From Candidatus Saccharimonadia bacterium (GTDB lineage Bacteria > Patescibacteriota > Saccharimonadia > CAILAD01 > CAZGYV01), in NCBI GenBank assembly GCA_041906885.1, contig JAYRII010000014.1, positions 74,059 to 138,058 of the forward strand: 64,000 nt of DNA. The letters run 5' to 3'. The translations under genes and the position numbers were made by a program. Positions 48,739 to 58,210 of the stretch are shown here, in pieces; the first letter of the stretch is position 1; every line of letters begins with the position of its first letter. The notes beneath the pieces are model-generated. The model was not told the DNA's origin. It saw only the letters and a program-made list of their open reading frames with translations, and did no database searches.

Positions 48739-50223
48739 ATGGAAAAAAATAACAATCAATCAGAACTATCAAATGAGTCTAATGTTAAACCAGAAGAAAA
48801 TATTGGGCAAACCAAGAAGCTAAAAGCTAATAAGCTCAGCCTGATTATCGGAGGAGCCATTGCAGTGGCGTTAATTTTGGGTGTTGGTGCTTATGCCTTC
48901 ATGCGCCACGAAAATAAGCCAAAAGAAACGGCCGATCATGACGAAACTAAAACTAGCAAGGTCAGTGCCGATGGTCTAGTCGATGGCTATCCACTCGAGT
49001 GCGTGCCGCGTGGACATGACAATTACCGCACCAACAACACCTTAGCTGTCGATCCGTCTGATGCTAATACGATATATGTTGGCGTCGAGTACAAAGGTGT
49101 TTATAAATCGACCGATGGGGGTGCGACCTGGATTAAGAGCGATAAAGGCATTCGTGGCTACCCAATGCAAGCCGATAAGAGTAAAAAATGTGTTCAAGAG
49201 CTTGGCCGTACCGTAATCGATCCTAAAGACAACAAGCACATTCTTGTCACTCGGGTCGAATCGCCGGGCGACTTGAGTACTAAGTTTAGTGAGAACGCTG
49301 GTGTCTGGGAGAGTAAAGATGCTGGTGCTACCTGGACACAAATGGTCAAAGACGGCATGAATGCTAGTGGCTCGCGGGCGATTGCTTTTGACCCCAAAGA
49401 TTCGAATGTTATCTATCACGGTACAAATAATATGAAGCCATCGTTTAGCGGTGATAATGGGCAGAAGCTAGATAAGTATTTTAATAAAGACGGTATCTTG
49501 TACCAAACTAAAGATGGTGGCAAAACCTGGAGTGAACTGCCAACTGGTGCAACACCTGGTCTGCGAGCACTGAACGTCGGGGTAGATAATAGTGACAGCA
49601 ATAAGCTTTGGCTTTTTAGCTTCACGGCTTCCGAGCAAGGAGGTGTCGAGCCAGAGGATAAGCAAAAAGCTGTGCTAACTTCTGTAGATGGTGGTAAAAC
49701 TTGGGCTTCTCTAGCTGACAAGTTGCCTACCGGGTACCGTACCCTACTAGACGGATCATTATCTCCAAAAAATGGTCAAATTGCTTTAGCGATCAGTCAG
49801 ACCCGAGAGGGTAGTCCAAAGAGCTTTGTTACTGCCGATGCAGGTGCTAGCTGGAGCGCAACCAGTATGTACGTTGAGGTAGCAGATTTTGACCCTAACG
49901 ATGCTACTGGTAAGCGCATTTTGGGTTACGCACCATATGGTAGTACTCCGATGATCGCCCAGAGTATGGATGGTGGCAAAACTTGGAGCCAACTATCTAA
50001 AGTACCAGCCGAAGTTGATGGCCAACAAAATGGTGTGCGTATCTCCGGGTTTGCTTATTCTGCGTCAGATAAAAATACCATCTATATGAGTGGCTCAAAA
50101 GGCTTTGTCTGGAAATCGACTGATAGCGGCAAGACCTGGAAGGTGGTTATGAATCTCGATAAAATCGGTGGTGAGAATAAAAACGCCCAAGGCAGCACCA
50201 AGTCGAGCGAACAAGACCATTAG
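48739..50223 (+). CDS. membrane-anchored BNR/Asp-box repeat beta-propeller protein (Ycf48/sialidase-like)
   Basis: Six SxDxGxTW repeats (STDGGATW, SKDAGATWT, TKDGGKTWS, SVDGGKTWAS, SMDGGKTWSQ, STDSGKTWK). N-terminal TM. Confidence 0.7.
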   Translation: MEKNNNQSELSNESNVKPEENIGQTKKLKANKLSLIIGGAIAVALILGVGAYAFMRHENKPKETADHDETKTSKVSADGLVDGYPLECVPRGHDNYRTNNTLAVDPSDANTIYVGVEYKGVYKSTDGGATWIKSDKGIRGYPMQADKSKKCVQELGRTVIDPKDNKHILVTRVESPGDLSTKFSENAGVWESKDAGATWTQMVKDGMNASGSRAIAFDPKDSNVIYHGTNNMKPSFSGDNGQKLDKYFNKDGILYQTKDGGKTWSELPTGATPGLRALNVGVDNSDSNKLWLFSFTASEQGGVEPEDKQKAVLTSVDGGKTWASLADKLPTGYRTLLDGSLSPKNGQIALAISQTREGSPKSFVTADAGASWSATSMYVEVADFDPNDATGKRILGYAPYGSTPMIAQSMDGGKTWSQLSKVPAEVDGQQNGVRISGFAYSASDKNTIYMSGSKGFVWKSTDSGKTWKVVMNLDKIGGENKNAQGSTKSSEQDH

Positions 50224-50292
50224 ATTATCTAAAGGTCTAGTGGGGAATAGCTGAACCTGGCACGGAATTGGTAAAAGGTGTACCATTAGCCT

Positions 50293-50637
50293 ATGAAGGT
50301 TAAGATAAAGCGTGTTTATGATCTAGCTGCCGATGATGGATTTCGAATCTTAGTTGATCGGCTGTGGCCACGGGGAGTCAGTAAAGAAGCGGCCAAGCTT
50401 GATCTGTGGCTCAAAGAAGTCGGCCCGTCGAACGAACTGCGCCAGTGGTTTGGCCATGACCCAGTCAAGTTTGATGAATTTGCTCGGCGCTATCGACAAG
50501 AATTGAAGGTAAATCCAGCTTATGACGAGCTCAAGGCAATTGTCAGTCAGCACGAAAAGGTGACACTAGTATATAGCGCCAAAGACGTGTCGCATAATCA
50601 AGCCGTGGTGTTACAGAGTCTGTTAGCCGAAAAGTAG
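50293..50637 (+). CDS. DUF488 family protein
   Basis: MKVKIKRVYD...DGFRILVDRLWPRGVSKEAAKLDLWLKEVGPS is typical of DUF488. Confidence 0.8.
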   Translation: MKVKIKRVYDLAADDGFRILVDRLWPRGVSKEAAKLDLWLKEVGPSNELRQWFGHDPVKFDEFARRYRQELKVNPAYDELKAIVSQHEKVTLVYSAKDVSHNQAVVLQSLLAEK

Positions 50638-50644
50638 CTATAAT

Positions 50645-51208
50645 ATGTTTCCGGATTTTCTGACTCAACCAGTTGATGATGTGGCTCGGCAACTTTTAGG
50701 TTGTGAACTGGAGCGTATGATTAGCAATGCGACTCTTAGAGTTAGAATTGTTGAGGTCGAGGCTTATGATCAAGATGATGAAGCCAGCCATGCCTATGGT
50801 GGCCAAACCAAACGTAATGCAACTATGTTTGGTGAAGCGGGACATTTGTATGTTTATTTTACTTATGGCATGCATTATTGTTGCAATATCGTGACTGGCA
50901 AAGCTGGCGTCGGCTCGGGTGTTCTGATACGAGCAGCAGAACCTGTCAGGGGAATTGAAATTATGAGACAACGGCGAGGTATGAAAGTTGACCAAGATTT
51001 GACTAATGGCCCAGCCAAGCTCTGCCAGTCGCTGGCGATTGACCGGCGACTCAATGGTCATGATTTGCACTTATCACCACTGCAGCTACTCGCTGGACAA
51101 CTGCGAGTCGACGAAAAAATCACCAGCTCAGCTCGGATCGGTATCTCCAAAGCCAAAGAACGACAACGCCGCTATTATATTGCAAATAATCGATTTGTAT
51201 CAAAGTAA
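50645..51208 (+). CDS. mpg: DNA-3-methyladenine glycosylase (Mpg/AAG family)
   Basis: VARQLLGCEL...VEVEAYDQDDEASHAYGGQTKRNATMFGEAGHLYVYFTYGMHYCCNIV is an AAG-family signature. Confidence 0.85.
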   Translation: MFPDFLTQPVDDVARQLLGCELERMISNATLRVRIVEVEAYDQDDEASHAYGGQTKRNATMFGEAGHLYVYFTYGMHYCCNIVTGKAGVGSGVLIRAAEPVRGIEIMRQRRGMKVDQDLTNGPAKLCQSLAIDRRLNGHDLHLSPLQLLAGQLRVDEKITSSARIGISKAKERQRRYYIANNRFVSK

Positions 51209-51412
51209 ATTTATTATTGAAGCATAAGTAATTTATCATTTTTTAATAAGTTTTTATTGGAAAAACCTAAACCTAAATTATGGAATCTACTAAATATGAC
51301 TTTTATATTTCATGCAGAGAGTTTAAAAAGACATTGCAAAGCCACTCATTTATTAGTCTACTAATAATAAGGCGTAGTTTTATCTGATAAGATTTAGACG
51401 TATAATAATCAT

Positions 51413-52051
51413 ATGAAAGTTGGTATTTTAGGCAGCGGGGAAGTTGGTAAAGCTCTAGCGAAAGGTTTTCTGAGCGAGGGTCATGAGGTAATGATGGCCA
51501 CGCGTGAGGTGAACGGCCCAAAAGCACATGATCTGCAAAAAGAATTAGATGTCAAAGTCAGTACTTTTGCCAAGGTAGCTAAGTGGTGCGAATTAGCTGT
51601 ATTAGCGACTCTTTGGACAGGCACAGAAGATGCAATAAAGCTGGCTCGGCCGGAAAATCTCGACGGTAAGGTGCTCATCGACGTCACTAATCCATTGGAT
51701 TTTAACTCTGGTATGCCACCAAAATTAGCTCTCGGCCGAGACGACTCCGGCGGCGAACAAGTCCAACGCTGGCTAGCAAGCTCGCGTGTGATCAAAGCAT
51801 TCAATACAGTTGGCAATGGGCTGATGTACAAGCCAGATTTTGAGGGTGATCAGCCGACGATGTTTTATTGCGGCAATGATGAGTCAGCCAAAGAAGTGGT
51901 GCGAACGATACTACTTAGTTTTGGATGGCAACCAGTCGATATTGGCGATCTGACAGGTGCGCGCGAGCTTGAGCCGCTTTGTATTTTGTGGATCAAGTAT
52001 GGACTAGCTTATAATTCTTGGACACATGCTTATAAATTGCTTCATAAGTAA
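51413..52051 (+). CDS. NADP-dependent oxidoreductase, F420-dependent NADP reductase-like (Rossmann)
   Basis: MKVGILGSGEVGKALAKGFLSEGHEVMMATR dinucleotide-binding motif. 212 aa. Confidence 0.7.
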   Translation: MKVGILGSGEVGKALAKGFLSEGHEVMMATREVNGPKAHDLQKELDVKVSTFAKVAKWCELAVLATLWTGTEDAIKLARPENLDGKVLIDVTNPLDFNSGMPPKLALGRDDSGGEQVQRWLASSRVIKAFNTVGNGLMYKPDFEGDQPTMFYCGNDESAKEVVRTILLSFGWQPVDIGDLTGARELEPLCILWIKYGLAYNSWTHAYKLLHK

Positions 52052-52094
52052 TTAAAAATCAATTTTAAAATAACGATCATGATATTATAAGCAT

Positions 52095-53828
52095 ATGCGG
52101 AAAGTAAAAAATCTATGGCGCTGGTATGTACGTGGTGGTATTCCAGAATCAGCCAGTATTAGTCAACTACGCAAGCTGCAATTTATCAACATCATCGCAT
52201 TATTGGGCTTTTTGGTTTGTTTACCGTTTAGTATTATTGACTTCTCGAAATATTTTTTTGTCGGCTCTATTGAATTACTCACAGGAGTGATATTTTTATG
52301 TGCTGGTCTGACTTTGCGAATATGGCGACGGCCACGCTTGGCGATAAATTTGATTATCTTGGCGACTTTTATAGTATCTATTATGCTGGCAAGTACTGGT
52401 GGTGGTGATGGTGCGGGCATTGTTTGGGTATTAGTTTTTCCACCCCTCTTATTTTTTCTTGAAGATTGGAAGGCCAGCTTTTTATGGGTTGGTTTGTTGC
52501 TAGCAACACTAGCAGGATTGTTTTTTAGCGGCCATCTCTACCACAGCTATGATAACTACATTTACCAGCACACCAGCTATGCCATTGTCGTTATTTCGAT
52601 TGTGGTTTATTTTTACCAAGAGATAAATCGGCAAGCCGAGCAAATCAATGAAAAAGCCAAGCGAGAACTTTTCTATAGCAACCAGAAACTACATCAGGCG
52701 AACAGTGAATTAGTGTCGGCTAAGGCTCATGTTGAAGAACAAGTCTTTGAACGGACCCGCTCGCTTGTCAAAGAGCATGCTCGACTTGAGGCATCTGTGG
52801 GTAGCTTGCCATTGGGGTTCATTTTGACCGATGGGAGTTTATTCATTGCCAATATTAATGCTGAAGCTAAGCGGATTTTGAACGGAAAAGCGACCACTCA
52901 AAAGGATAAGAGTTATTCAAATATATTACGGGACGAGCTCAAGCTGGGCATGTCTATAAAAGACGTCATGATTGATAAAAAACGAATTGATATCAATGAA
53001 CTAATCTATCAGGAGAGTATACTGCAGATTACATTAGCACCGATTATATTAAATAATGAAGAGCAGGCCATTGGTGCCATCGTACTATTAGAAGATGTTA
53101 CAGAGAAAAAAATTATTGCACGAGCGCGTGATGAGTTTTTCTTAGTGGCAAGTCATGAACTTCGCACGCCCCTGACGATAGTTGAGGGAAATATCTCTCT
53201 TATTAAAGAGAACTTTTTAGCTGAAATCAAAAATATTGAGCTTCACCACATGATCGACAATGCGTATGATTCTACAAAACGTTTGATATATATCGTTAAT
53301 CAACTTTTACAGATATCAGCCCTCGAATTAGGGGAGGTTAGTTTAAAGCCTCGCAGATATAATATAGCTGAATTAACCACCATTACAACTGACAAATTTA
53401 GGCCAGTCGCTAAAAATAAGGGGATTAAGCTGAGCTTTCATTCAAAGCTAGAAGATGAAGCCGAGGTAAACCTGGATGCTGAGCGCTTTGATCAGGTCCT
53501 AAGTAGCTTAATTGATAATGCTGTGCGCAATACTAACGAGGGGAGCGTCAAGGTCGTTATCGAGAAAAATGAAGCTAACGCCAAAATTTCCATTATTGAC
53601 ACCGGCCGCGGTATCAGTGCGGACAATCAAGTATTATTGTTTCATAAATTTCATCAGTCTGGCAGTGATATTCTAACCCGTAGTGCTGGCCAAAGTATCG
53701 GACTTGGCCTCTACCTGGCAAAACTATTAGTCGAGAAGATGCACAGCAAGGTCTATTTGCAAGAGTCTGTTTCTGGTAAAGGTTCGATCTTCGTGCTTGA
53801 AGTACCGCTTGTTCAAGCTCATAGGTAG
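52095..53828 (+). CDS. sensor histidine kinase (membrane, orphan in this window)
   Basis: About 5 N-terminal TM helices, coiled coil, H-box SHELRTPL, N/G boxes (DTGRGI, GLGLYL). Confidence 0.85.
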   Translation: MRKVKNLWRWYVRGGIPESASISQLRKLQFINIIALLGFLVCLPFSIIDFSKYFFVGSIELLTGVIFLCAGLTLRIWRRPRLAINLIILATFIVSIMLASTGGGDGAGIVWVLVFPPLLFFLEDWKASFLWVGLLLATLAGLFFSGHLYHSYDNYIYQHTSYAIVVISIVVYFYQEINRQAEQINEKAKRELFYSNQKLHQANSELVSAKAHVEEQVFERTRSLVKEHARLEASVGSLPLGFILTDGSLFIANINAEAKRILNGKATTQKDKSYSNILRDELKLGMSIKDVMIDKKRIDINELIYQESILQITLAPIILNNEEQAIGAIVLLEDVTEKKIIARARDEFFLVASHELRTPLTIVEGNISLIKENFLAEIKNIELHHMIDNAYDSTKRLIYIVNQLLQISALELGEVSLKPRRYNIAELTTITTDKFRPVAKNKGIKLSFHSKLEDEAEVNLDAERFDQVLSSLIDNAVRNTNEGSVKVVIEKNEANAKISIIDTGRGISADNQVLLFHKFHQSGSDILTRSAGQSIGLGLYLAKLLVEKMHSKVYLQESVSGKGSIFVLEVPLVQAHR

Positions 53829-54021
53829 AGCTGTCTTAAGCCCAACCTCTGACATAATAATCACTCGAAAGGCCTATTTTCCTCGATTTTATCAACACCA
53901 GGTGTGTAGATATTTTTTACTAAAGCTTAAGTAATAAAATTATATTTTAACTTCTAGTCCCTTAATATCTTGATTATTACGACCAGTAGTTTAGTATATA
54001 ATCATAATAATAGAGGTAATT

Positions 54022-54327
54022 ATGGGTTGTTTGATAATTTTGCTAATCTTGTGTTCGCCGCGATTGCTGTTGTTTTTGTACTTTCTATTCAATAATGCGC
54101 GGATGCATCTCGTATTCGGTAGCTCTCTGGTTTGGGCTTTCGTCGGTTTTCTTTTCGCACCGTGGACAACACTAATGTATTTTTGGGTTTATAATCCAGT
54201 AATCGGCCACTTAACAGGCTGGGGCTGGTTCTGGATAGTCGTTGGAATCTTATTTGATTTGAGCTCTTATGGCTCGACTAAATTTGGCCGCCGTGGTAGC
54301 AGCAACAAAGTAATAGTGGTTGAATAA
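54022..54327 (+). CDS. small 3-TM membrane protein (source of the downstream 108-bp duplicated fragment)
   Basis: 101 aa hydrophobic ORF. Residues ~22-56 are duplicated at 56389-56496. Confidence 0.5.
   Translation: MGCLIILLILCSPRLLLFLYFLFNNARMHLVFGSSLVWAFVGFLFAPWTTLMYFWVYNPVIGHLTGWGWFWIVVGILFDLSSYGSTKFGRRGSSNKVIVVE
54082..54189. repeat. ~108-bp direct repeat, copy 1 (inside small membrane protein gene)
   Basis: Near-identical (3-4 mismatches) to 56389-56496: aatg(c/t)gcggatgcatctcgtattcggtagctctctggtttgggctttcgtcggttttcttttcgcaccgtggacaacactaatgtattt. Confidence 0.85.
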
Positions 54328-54380
54328 TTCTTAAAACATAAGTATTATAAGTGTAATAATAGTTGAGGAGGATCGGTTCG

Positions 54381-55496
54381 ATGCGAATACGAACGATGGT
54401 TTTATTAAATAAATTTACACTCATCGTGCTGGGCTTGAGCCTCTTGGCCTGGCCACTGAGCTCGCAGGCTTCTTTCCCGGGGACGAACGGACGGATATTC
54501 TACGATGAGTATACATTGGACCAAAGCAATACCAACATCAAGTCCATGAAGTCTGACGGGACTGATGCCCAGACAATAGTTCAGGGACAGAATGGTTTAT
54601 TAATAGATTCCCCGCAGCTGTCACCAGATGGTAAAAAACTACTATACCGTAAAGGCAATGACTCCCTGGTGGTAGCGAATGGGGATGGTAGTAGTCCAAC
54701 GACAATATTCACTATTGGGGTGGGTGGAGATGGCGTGAGCATTGGTTCCTGGTCTCCAGATAGTTCAAAAATCGCTTTTAATCAGTCGTACAATGGCCAA
54801 CCAACACAAAGTGGTATTTTTGTAGTCAATGCAGATGGTACAGGATTGATCCACGTCTTGGCCAATACAAGCTCGCTAGTTTATTCGAACGCTTCATGGT
54901 CACCGGACGGCAATCTACTAGCTGTTTCGGGGACTGAATTTATTACTCCGACGCTAGGGGGGCTGTTTACGGTTGCACCCTCGGTATCTGCTACACCGAC
55001 TCAAATAATTGCCAACACGGGCTCAATCCAAAATTATCGACCCGACTGGAAGCCAGATGGTAGTAAAATTGCTTTTCTCCGTGATACAGGTACGGATGCT
55101 ACGTCTGGTATTTTTACGGCCGATCCTAATGGTAGTAACGTGTCACAGGTTTTGTCAAATACAAATGCTCCCGGTGGAGCATCCAAGTTTGCTTTAGCCA
55201 GGTGGTCACCCGATGGAAATAAGATGGTATCTAAGCTTTTTGCAATATCTCCAGGTGCCATGGGATTTACGATGGATAGTAATGGCTCAAATATCGCTAC
55301 TATAGGTGCAGTCGAGGACCCTTTTTGGGCCGTACCTGTAACATATATTGCCGCGCCAGGCTTGCCCAATACACCAACTGATAAAAATGCACCAGTCGAT
55401 CACAAGCCACTTGTAGCTGCTGTGGCTGGCTTGGGATTGGTTGGCTTACTCAGTTTGCTCAAATATCGTCAAATTCGAAATTCGTCTGAGCGATAA
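54381..55496 (+). CDS. PD40/TolB-like beta-propeller surface protein with C-terminal LPNTP sorting-signal-like motif, hydrophobic segment and basic tail
   Basis: RBS GAGGAGG 8 nt before ATG 54381. Signal peptide. Repeated SWSPDG-type PD40 motifs. C-terminus GLPNTPTDKNAPVDHKPLVAAVAGLGLVGLLSLLKYRQIRNSSER. Confidence 0.7.
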   Translation: MRIRTMVLLNKFTLIVLGLSLLAWPLSSQASFPGTNGRIFYDEYTLDQSNTNIKSMKSDGTDAQTIVQGQNGLLIDSPQLSPDGKKLLYRKGNDSLVVANGDGSSPTTIFTIGVGGDGVSIGSWSPDSSKIAFNQSYNGQPTQSGIFVVNADGTGLIHVLANTSSLVYSNASWSPDGNLLAVSGTEFITPTLGGLFTVAPSVSATPTQIIANTGSIQNYRPDWKPDGSKIAFLRDTGTDATSGIFTADPNGSNVSQVLSNTNAPGGASKFALARWSPDGNKMVSKLFAISPGAMGFTMDSNGSNIATIGAVEDPFWAVPVTYIAAPGLPNTPTDKNAPVDHKPLVAAVAGLGLVGLLSLLKYRQIRNSSER

Positions 55497-55508
55497 CAAG
55501 GACAAGCG

Positions 55509-56333
55509 ATGGAGACGCGCTGCCCGCATTGTAAACGCCAGCTCGTTATTTCAGCTGCTGAGTCGCAAGCATCCACTAAGGCTACTGCCAAACAGGGATC
55601 ACATACACACACTCACACTACCCGTCGGGTGGATGATATGCGGCCCGCTACCTCCACGACAGCGGTTATTGATTCGCGTAGCCGCGGTCAGAAAAAGCCT
55701 GCCAGGTGGCGCTTAGGCTTAATTTGGTTGGCTGTTTTCGTGCTATCAATCATAATCGCTGAGCTAGGGATTATGTGGTGGTGGGCGGATCGCCATGTCG
55801 AGCTATCACCGGCAGTAGATAAAATCGCAGCTGAGGCTCAACCCAGTTTAGCGCCGACTATTACACCCTTAGCACCAGTTGTACAGATTGCTGAGCCAGC
55901 TAAGATTCGCATTGCCAAGATCGGCCTTGATGCTAGTATTATTCCTGTTGGTGTGACCAAAGAGGGTAATATGGACGTGCCTAAAAATCTAACTCAAGTT
56001 GGCTGGTACAACAAAGGGCCAAAGCCTGGTGAGAAAGGTAAGGCAGTGCTAGATGGCCATTATGGTGCGCCGAATCAAGTTGGAGTTTTTCGTAAACTCG
56101 ATGGACTCAAAGAAGGTGATATTGTTGAGGTCGATGACAAGAATGGCAAAATTTGGAAATTTGCCGTTAAACGCACCGAGGCTTATCGGCCGACCGGCGC
56201 ACCACTTAATGAGATTTTTGGCGATGCTCAAAAACCAATGCTCAATCTGATAACTTGCTATGGCGACTGGTATGCTTCGGCTTATAAATATGACAAAAGA
56301 CTGATTATTTTTACCGAGCTGATCGATCAATAG
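55509..56333 (+). CDS. sortase (class E/F-like transpeptidase, C60 family)
   Basis: N-terminal TM. VLDGHYG (His), GDIVEV, LNLITCYG (TLxTC Cys), KRLIIF (Arg). Confidence 0.78.
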   Translation: METRCPHCKRQLVISAAESQASTKATAKQGSHTHTHTTRRVDDMRPATSTTAVIDSRSRGQKKPARWRLGLIWLAVFVLSIIIAELGIMWWWADRHVELSPAVDKIAAEAQPSLAPTITPLAPVVQIAEPAKIRIAKIGLDASIIPVGVTKEGNMDVPKNLTQVGWYNKGPKPGEKGKAVLDGHYGAPNQVGVFRKLDGLKEGDIVEVDDKNGKIWKFAVKRTEAYRPTGAPLNEIFGDAQKPMLNLITCYGDWYASAYKYDKRLIIFTELIDQ

Positions 56334-56388
56334 AGCCATGAAATGATTCGTGGAGTTCATTTGACCAACTCACGACAAGCTAGTCAGT

Positions 56389-56496
56389 GAAGTTTTGATA
56401 ATGTGCGGATGCATCTCGTATTCGGTAGCTCTCTGGTTTGGGCTTTCGTCGGTTTTCTTTTCGCACCGTGGACAACACTAATGTATTTCTGGGTGC
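56389..56496. repeat. ~108-bp direct repeat, copy 2 (truncated pseudo-copy of small membrane protein gene)
   Basis: See copy 1. Encodes NVRMHLVFGSSLVWAFVGFLFAPWTTLMYFWV and then diverges. Confidence 0.85.
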
Positions 56497-56575
56497 GCCA
56501 TCAGTGCTCACGAGGTCGCCTTTTATTTTTAACTAGCTTTTACAGGGTTCGGTCGTTTCTGCTATTATTTAAAGT

Positions 56576-56995
56576 ATGAAGAAGCAGCTCGATGAATTTA
56601 AAAAATTTATTTCGCATGGTAATGTCGTCGACCTGGCTGTCGGTGTTGTTATTGGTGCCGCATTTACTGCAGTTGTAAACTCAATGGTCAAAGATTTGAT
56701 AACCCCTTTTATTGCCTCTCTTGGCGGCAAGCCCGATTTTTCTAGTCTAGCTTTTGAGATCAATGGCAGTAAATTTATGTATGGTAATTTCTTTAACGCT
56801 GTTTTGTCATTTTTAATCGTGGCGGGTGTTATATTCTTCCTGGTGGTCAAGCCTATTAATAAGTTGACCGAGCTATCAAGTCGCAATGAACAGCCCACCA
56901 CAGCGCAGTGCGCTGAGTGCTTAAGCGAAATCATGCGCGAGGCCAAGCGCTGCAAGTATTGTGGCTCGCCTCATTCAGCCAAAAACAAAAAGTAA
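56576..56995 (+). CDS. mscL: large-conductance mechanosensitive channel MscL with C-terminal Cys4 zinc-ribbon-like extension
   Basis: MKKQLDEFKKFISHGNVVDLAVGVVIGAAFTAVVNSMVKDLITPFI (TM1/loop) is typical of MscL. C-terminus QCAECLSEIMREAKRCKYCGS. Confidence 0.85.
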   Translation: MKKQLDEFKKFISHGNVVDLAVGVVIGAAFTAVVNSMVKDLITPFIASLGGKPDFSSLAFEINGSKFMYGNFFNAVLSFLIVAGVIFFLVVKPINKLTELSSRNEQPTTAQCAECLSEIMREAKRCKYCGSPHSAKNKK

Positions 56996-57162
56996 ACAAT
57001 TACGTTAAAAAATCTTTTTTCTCATGCTTGCTTTTGGCGGGAGGGGTGGCGTAAGCTGGATTCCAAGGAGGGTTCGGCCCTTTTTTATTTTACTTACAAA
57101 ATATATTTGTCGCTAAATAAAAGGGGGTGAGTCACAAGCATAATAAATTAGGAGGCAAGAAA

Positions 57163-57687
57163 GTGCAGAAAGTAGTTAAACTATCCCTGATTGGTCTAGT
57201 CAGTGCTATGTTTTTAGGCGGCATCGCTTTAGCTGACACTGGGGCTATTGGCAACACAGGACCAGATTCGAGCAACAACATAACAAATAACAACAACCAA
57301 AATACAAACCAAGAAAACAATAATCACGTCGGTGTTGACAATAATTCAGACCAAACTTGCCAGTCGGGGAGTGCGAATACGAGCAGTAATACAAATGCTG
57401 GTGGCGCCCAGAGTGGTGAGGCTAACTGCGAAAACACCACCAATACTATTATAAATATTGCTAACGGTAGCGGGGCGGTAGTTCCGGCTGAGGAAATTAC
57501 ACCCGGTAAAGGTGCTGGTTCAGCTCCGGTTGCTGAAAATGTTTCAGCTCAAACTGCGCCAACTAGCCTACCTCGGACAGGGCTTGGTAGTAATTGGATC
57601 TTCTCAGCTGTCATCGGCAGCTTGGCCGTAGTAGCTCTGAAGGTGTCTTTAGACACAATGCAAAAAAATGCTAGCTTGAGCTACTAG
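57163..57687 (+). CDS. LPXTG cell-wall-anchored surface protein, Asn/Thr-rich low complexity
   Basis: GTG start with AGGAGG 8 nt upstream. Signal peptide. N-rich repeats. C-terminal LPRTG + hydrophobic segment + KVSLDTMQKN tail. Confidence 0.7.
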   Translation: MQKVVKLSLIGLVSAMFLGGIALADTGAIGNTGPDSSNNITNNNNQNTNQENNNHVGVDNNSDQTCQSGSANTSSNTNAGGAQSGEANCENTTNTIINIANGSGAVVPAEEITPGKGAGSAPVAENVSAQTAPTSLPRTGLGSNWIFSAVIGSLAVVALKVSLDTMQKNASLSY

Positions 57688-57702
57688 CAAGTTAGCCAAA
57701 AG

Positions 57703-57740
57703 TAAGTACTAAAAAAGCCTCATCTTACCGTTGAAGAGAG
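57703..57740. terminator. bidirectional rho-independent terminator between the LPXTG gene and the convergent RRM gene
   Basis: AAAAAGCCTC...GAGGCTTTTT hairpin with A/T tracts on both sides. Confidence 0.5.
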
Positions 57741-57762
57741 GCTTTTTAGTGCGTCTAAAATA

Positions 57763-58038
57763 CTAGTTAAAGTCGCGTTTTGGGCGCTCGGTCATTGGTC
57801 GAGCTTCATTCACAACCAGTGTTCGTCCGCCAAATTCTTTTCCATTCATGCCTTCGATGGCAGCCTTAGCTTCATCCTCGCTTGACATCTCGACAAAGCC
57901 GAAGCCTTTTGATCGACCTGTCTCACGGTCATGGATGATAGCAACCGATTCAACACTGCCGAATTGTTCAAAAGCTTCTTTAAGCTCTTGATCGGTAGCA
58001 CGGTAAGGTAGACTGCCTACATATAATTTAGTAGCCAT
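57763..58038 (-). CDS. RNA-binding protein with RRM domain
   Basis: RNP2 KLYVGSL and RNP1 KGFGFVEM motifs. 91 aa. Confidence 0.85.
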   Translation of the reverse strand: MATKLYVGSLPYRATDQELKEAFEQFGSVESVAIIHDRETGRSKGFGFVEMSSEDEAKAAIEGMNGKEFGGRTLVVNEARPMTERPKRDFN

Positions 58039-58210
58039 TACTAACTCCTATTACTTGACTCGTAGAACGACCTTCTCATCTTTTCTCGTATCACCTAAAC
58101 ATTTTAAAAAGCGGTCGCCCGCTAAGCAAACTAAATGGCTACTTCTTTAAGATAAGATCTACAGTACCAAAGTATACGCTTATTTTTCGCTTTTTGCAAG
58201 CTAAATCAGG

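Noticed and set aside
49042-49992. Multiple minus-strand ORFs within the BNR protein gene
   Set aside because: They are antisense to a gene with six clear Asp-box repeats. No motifs.
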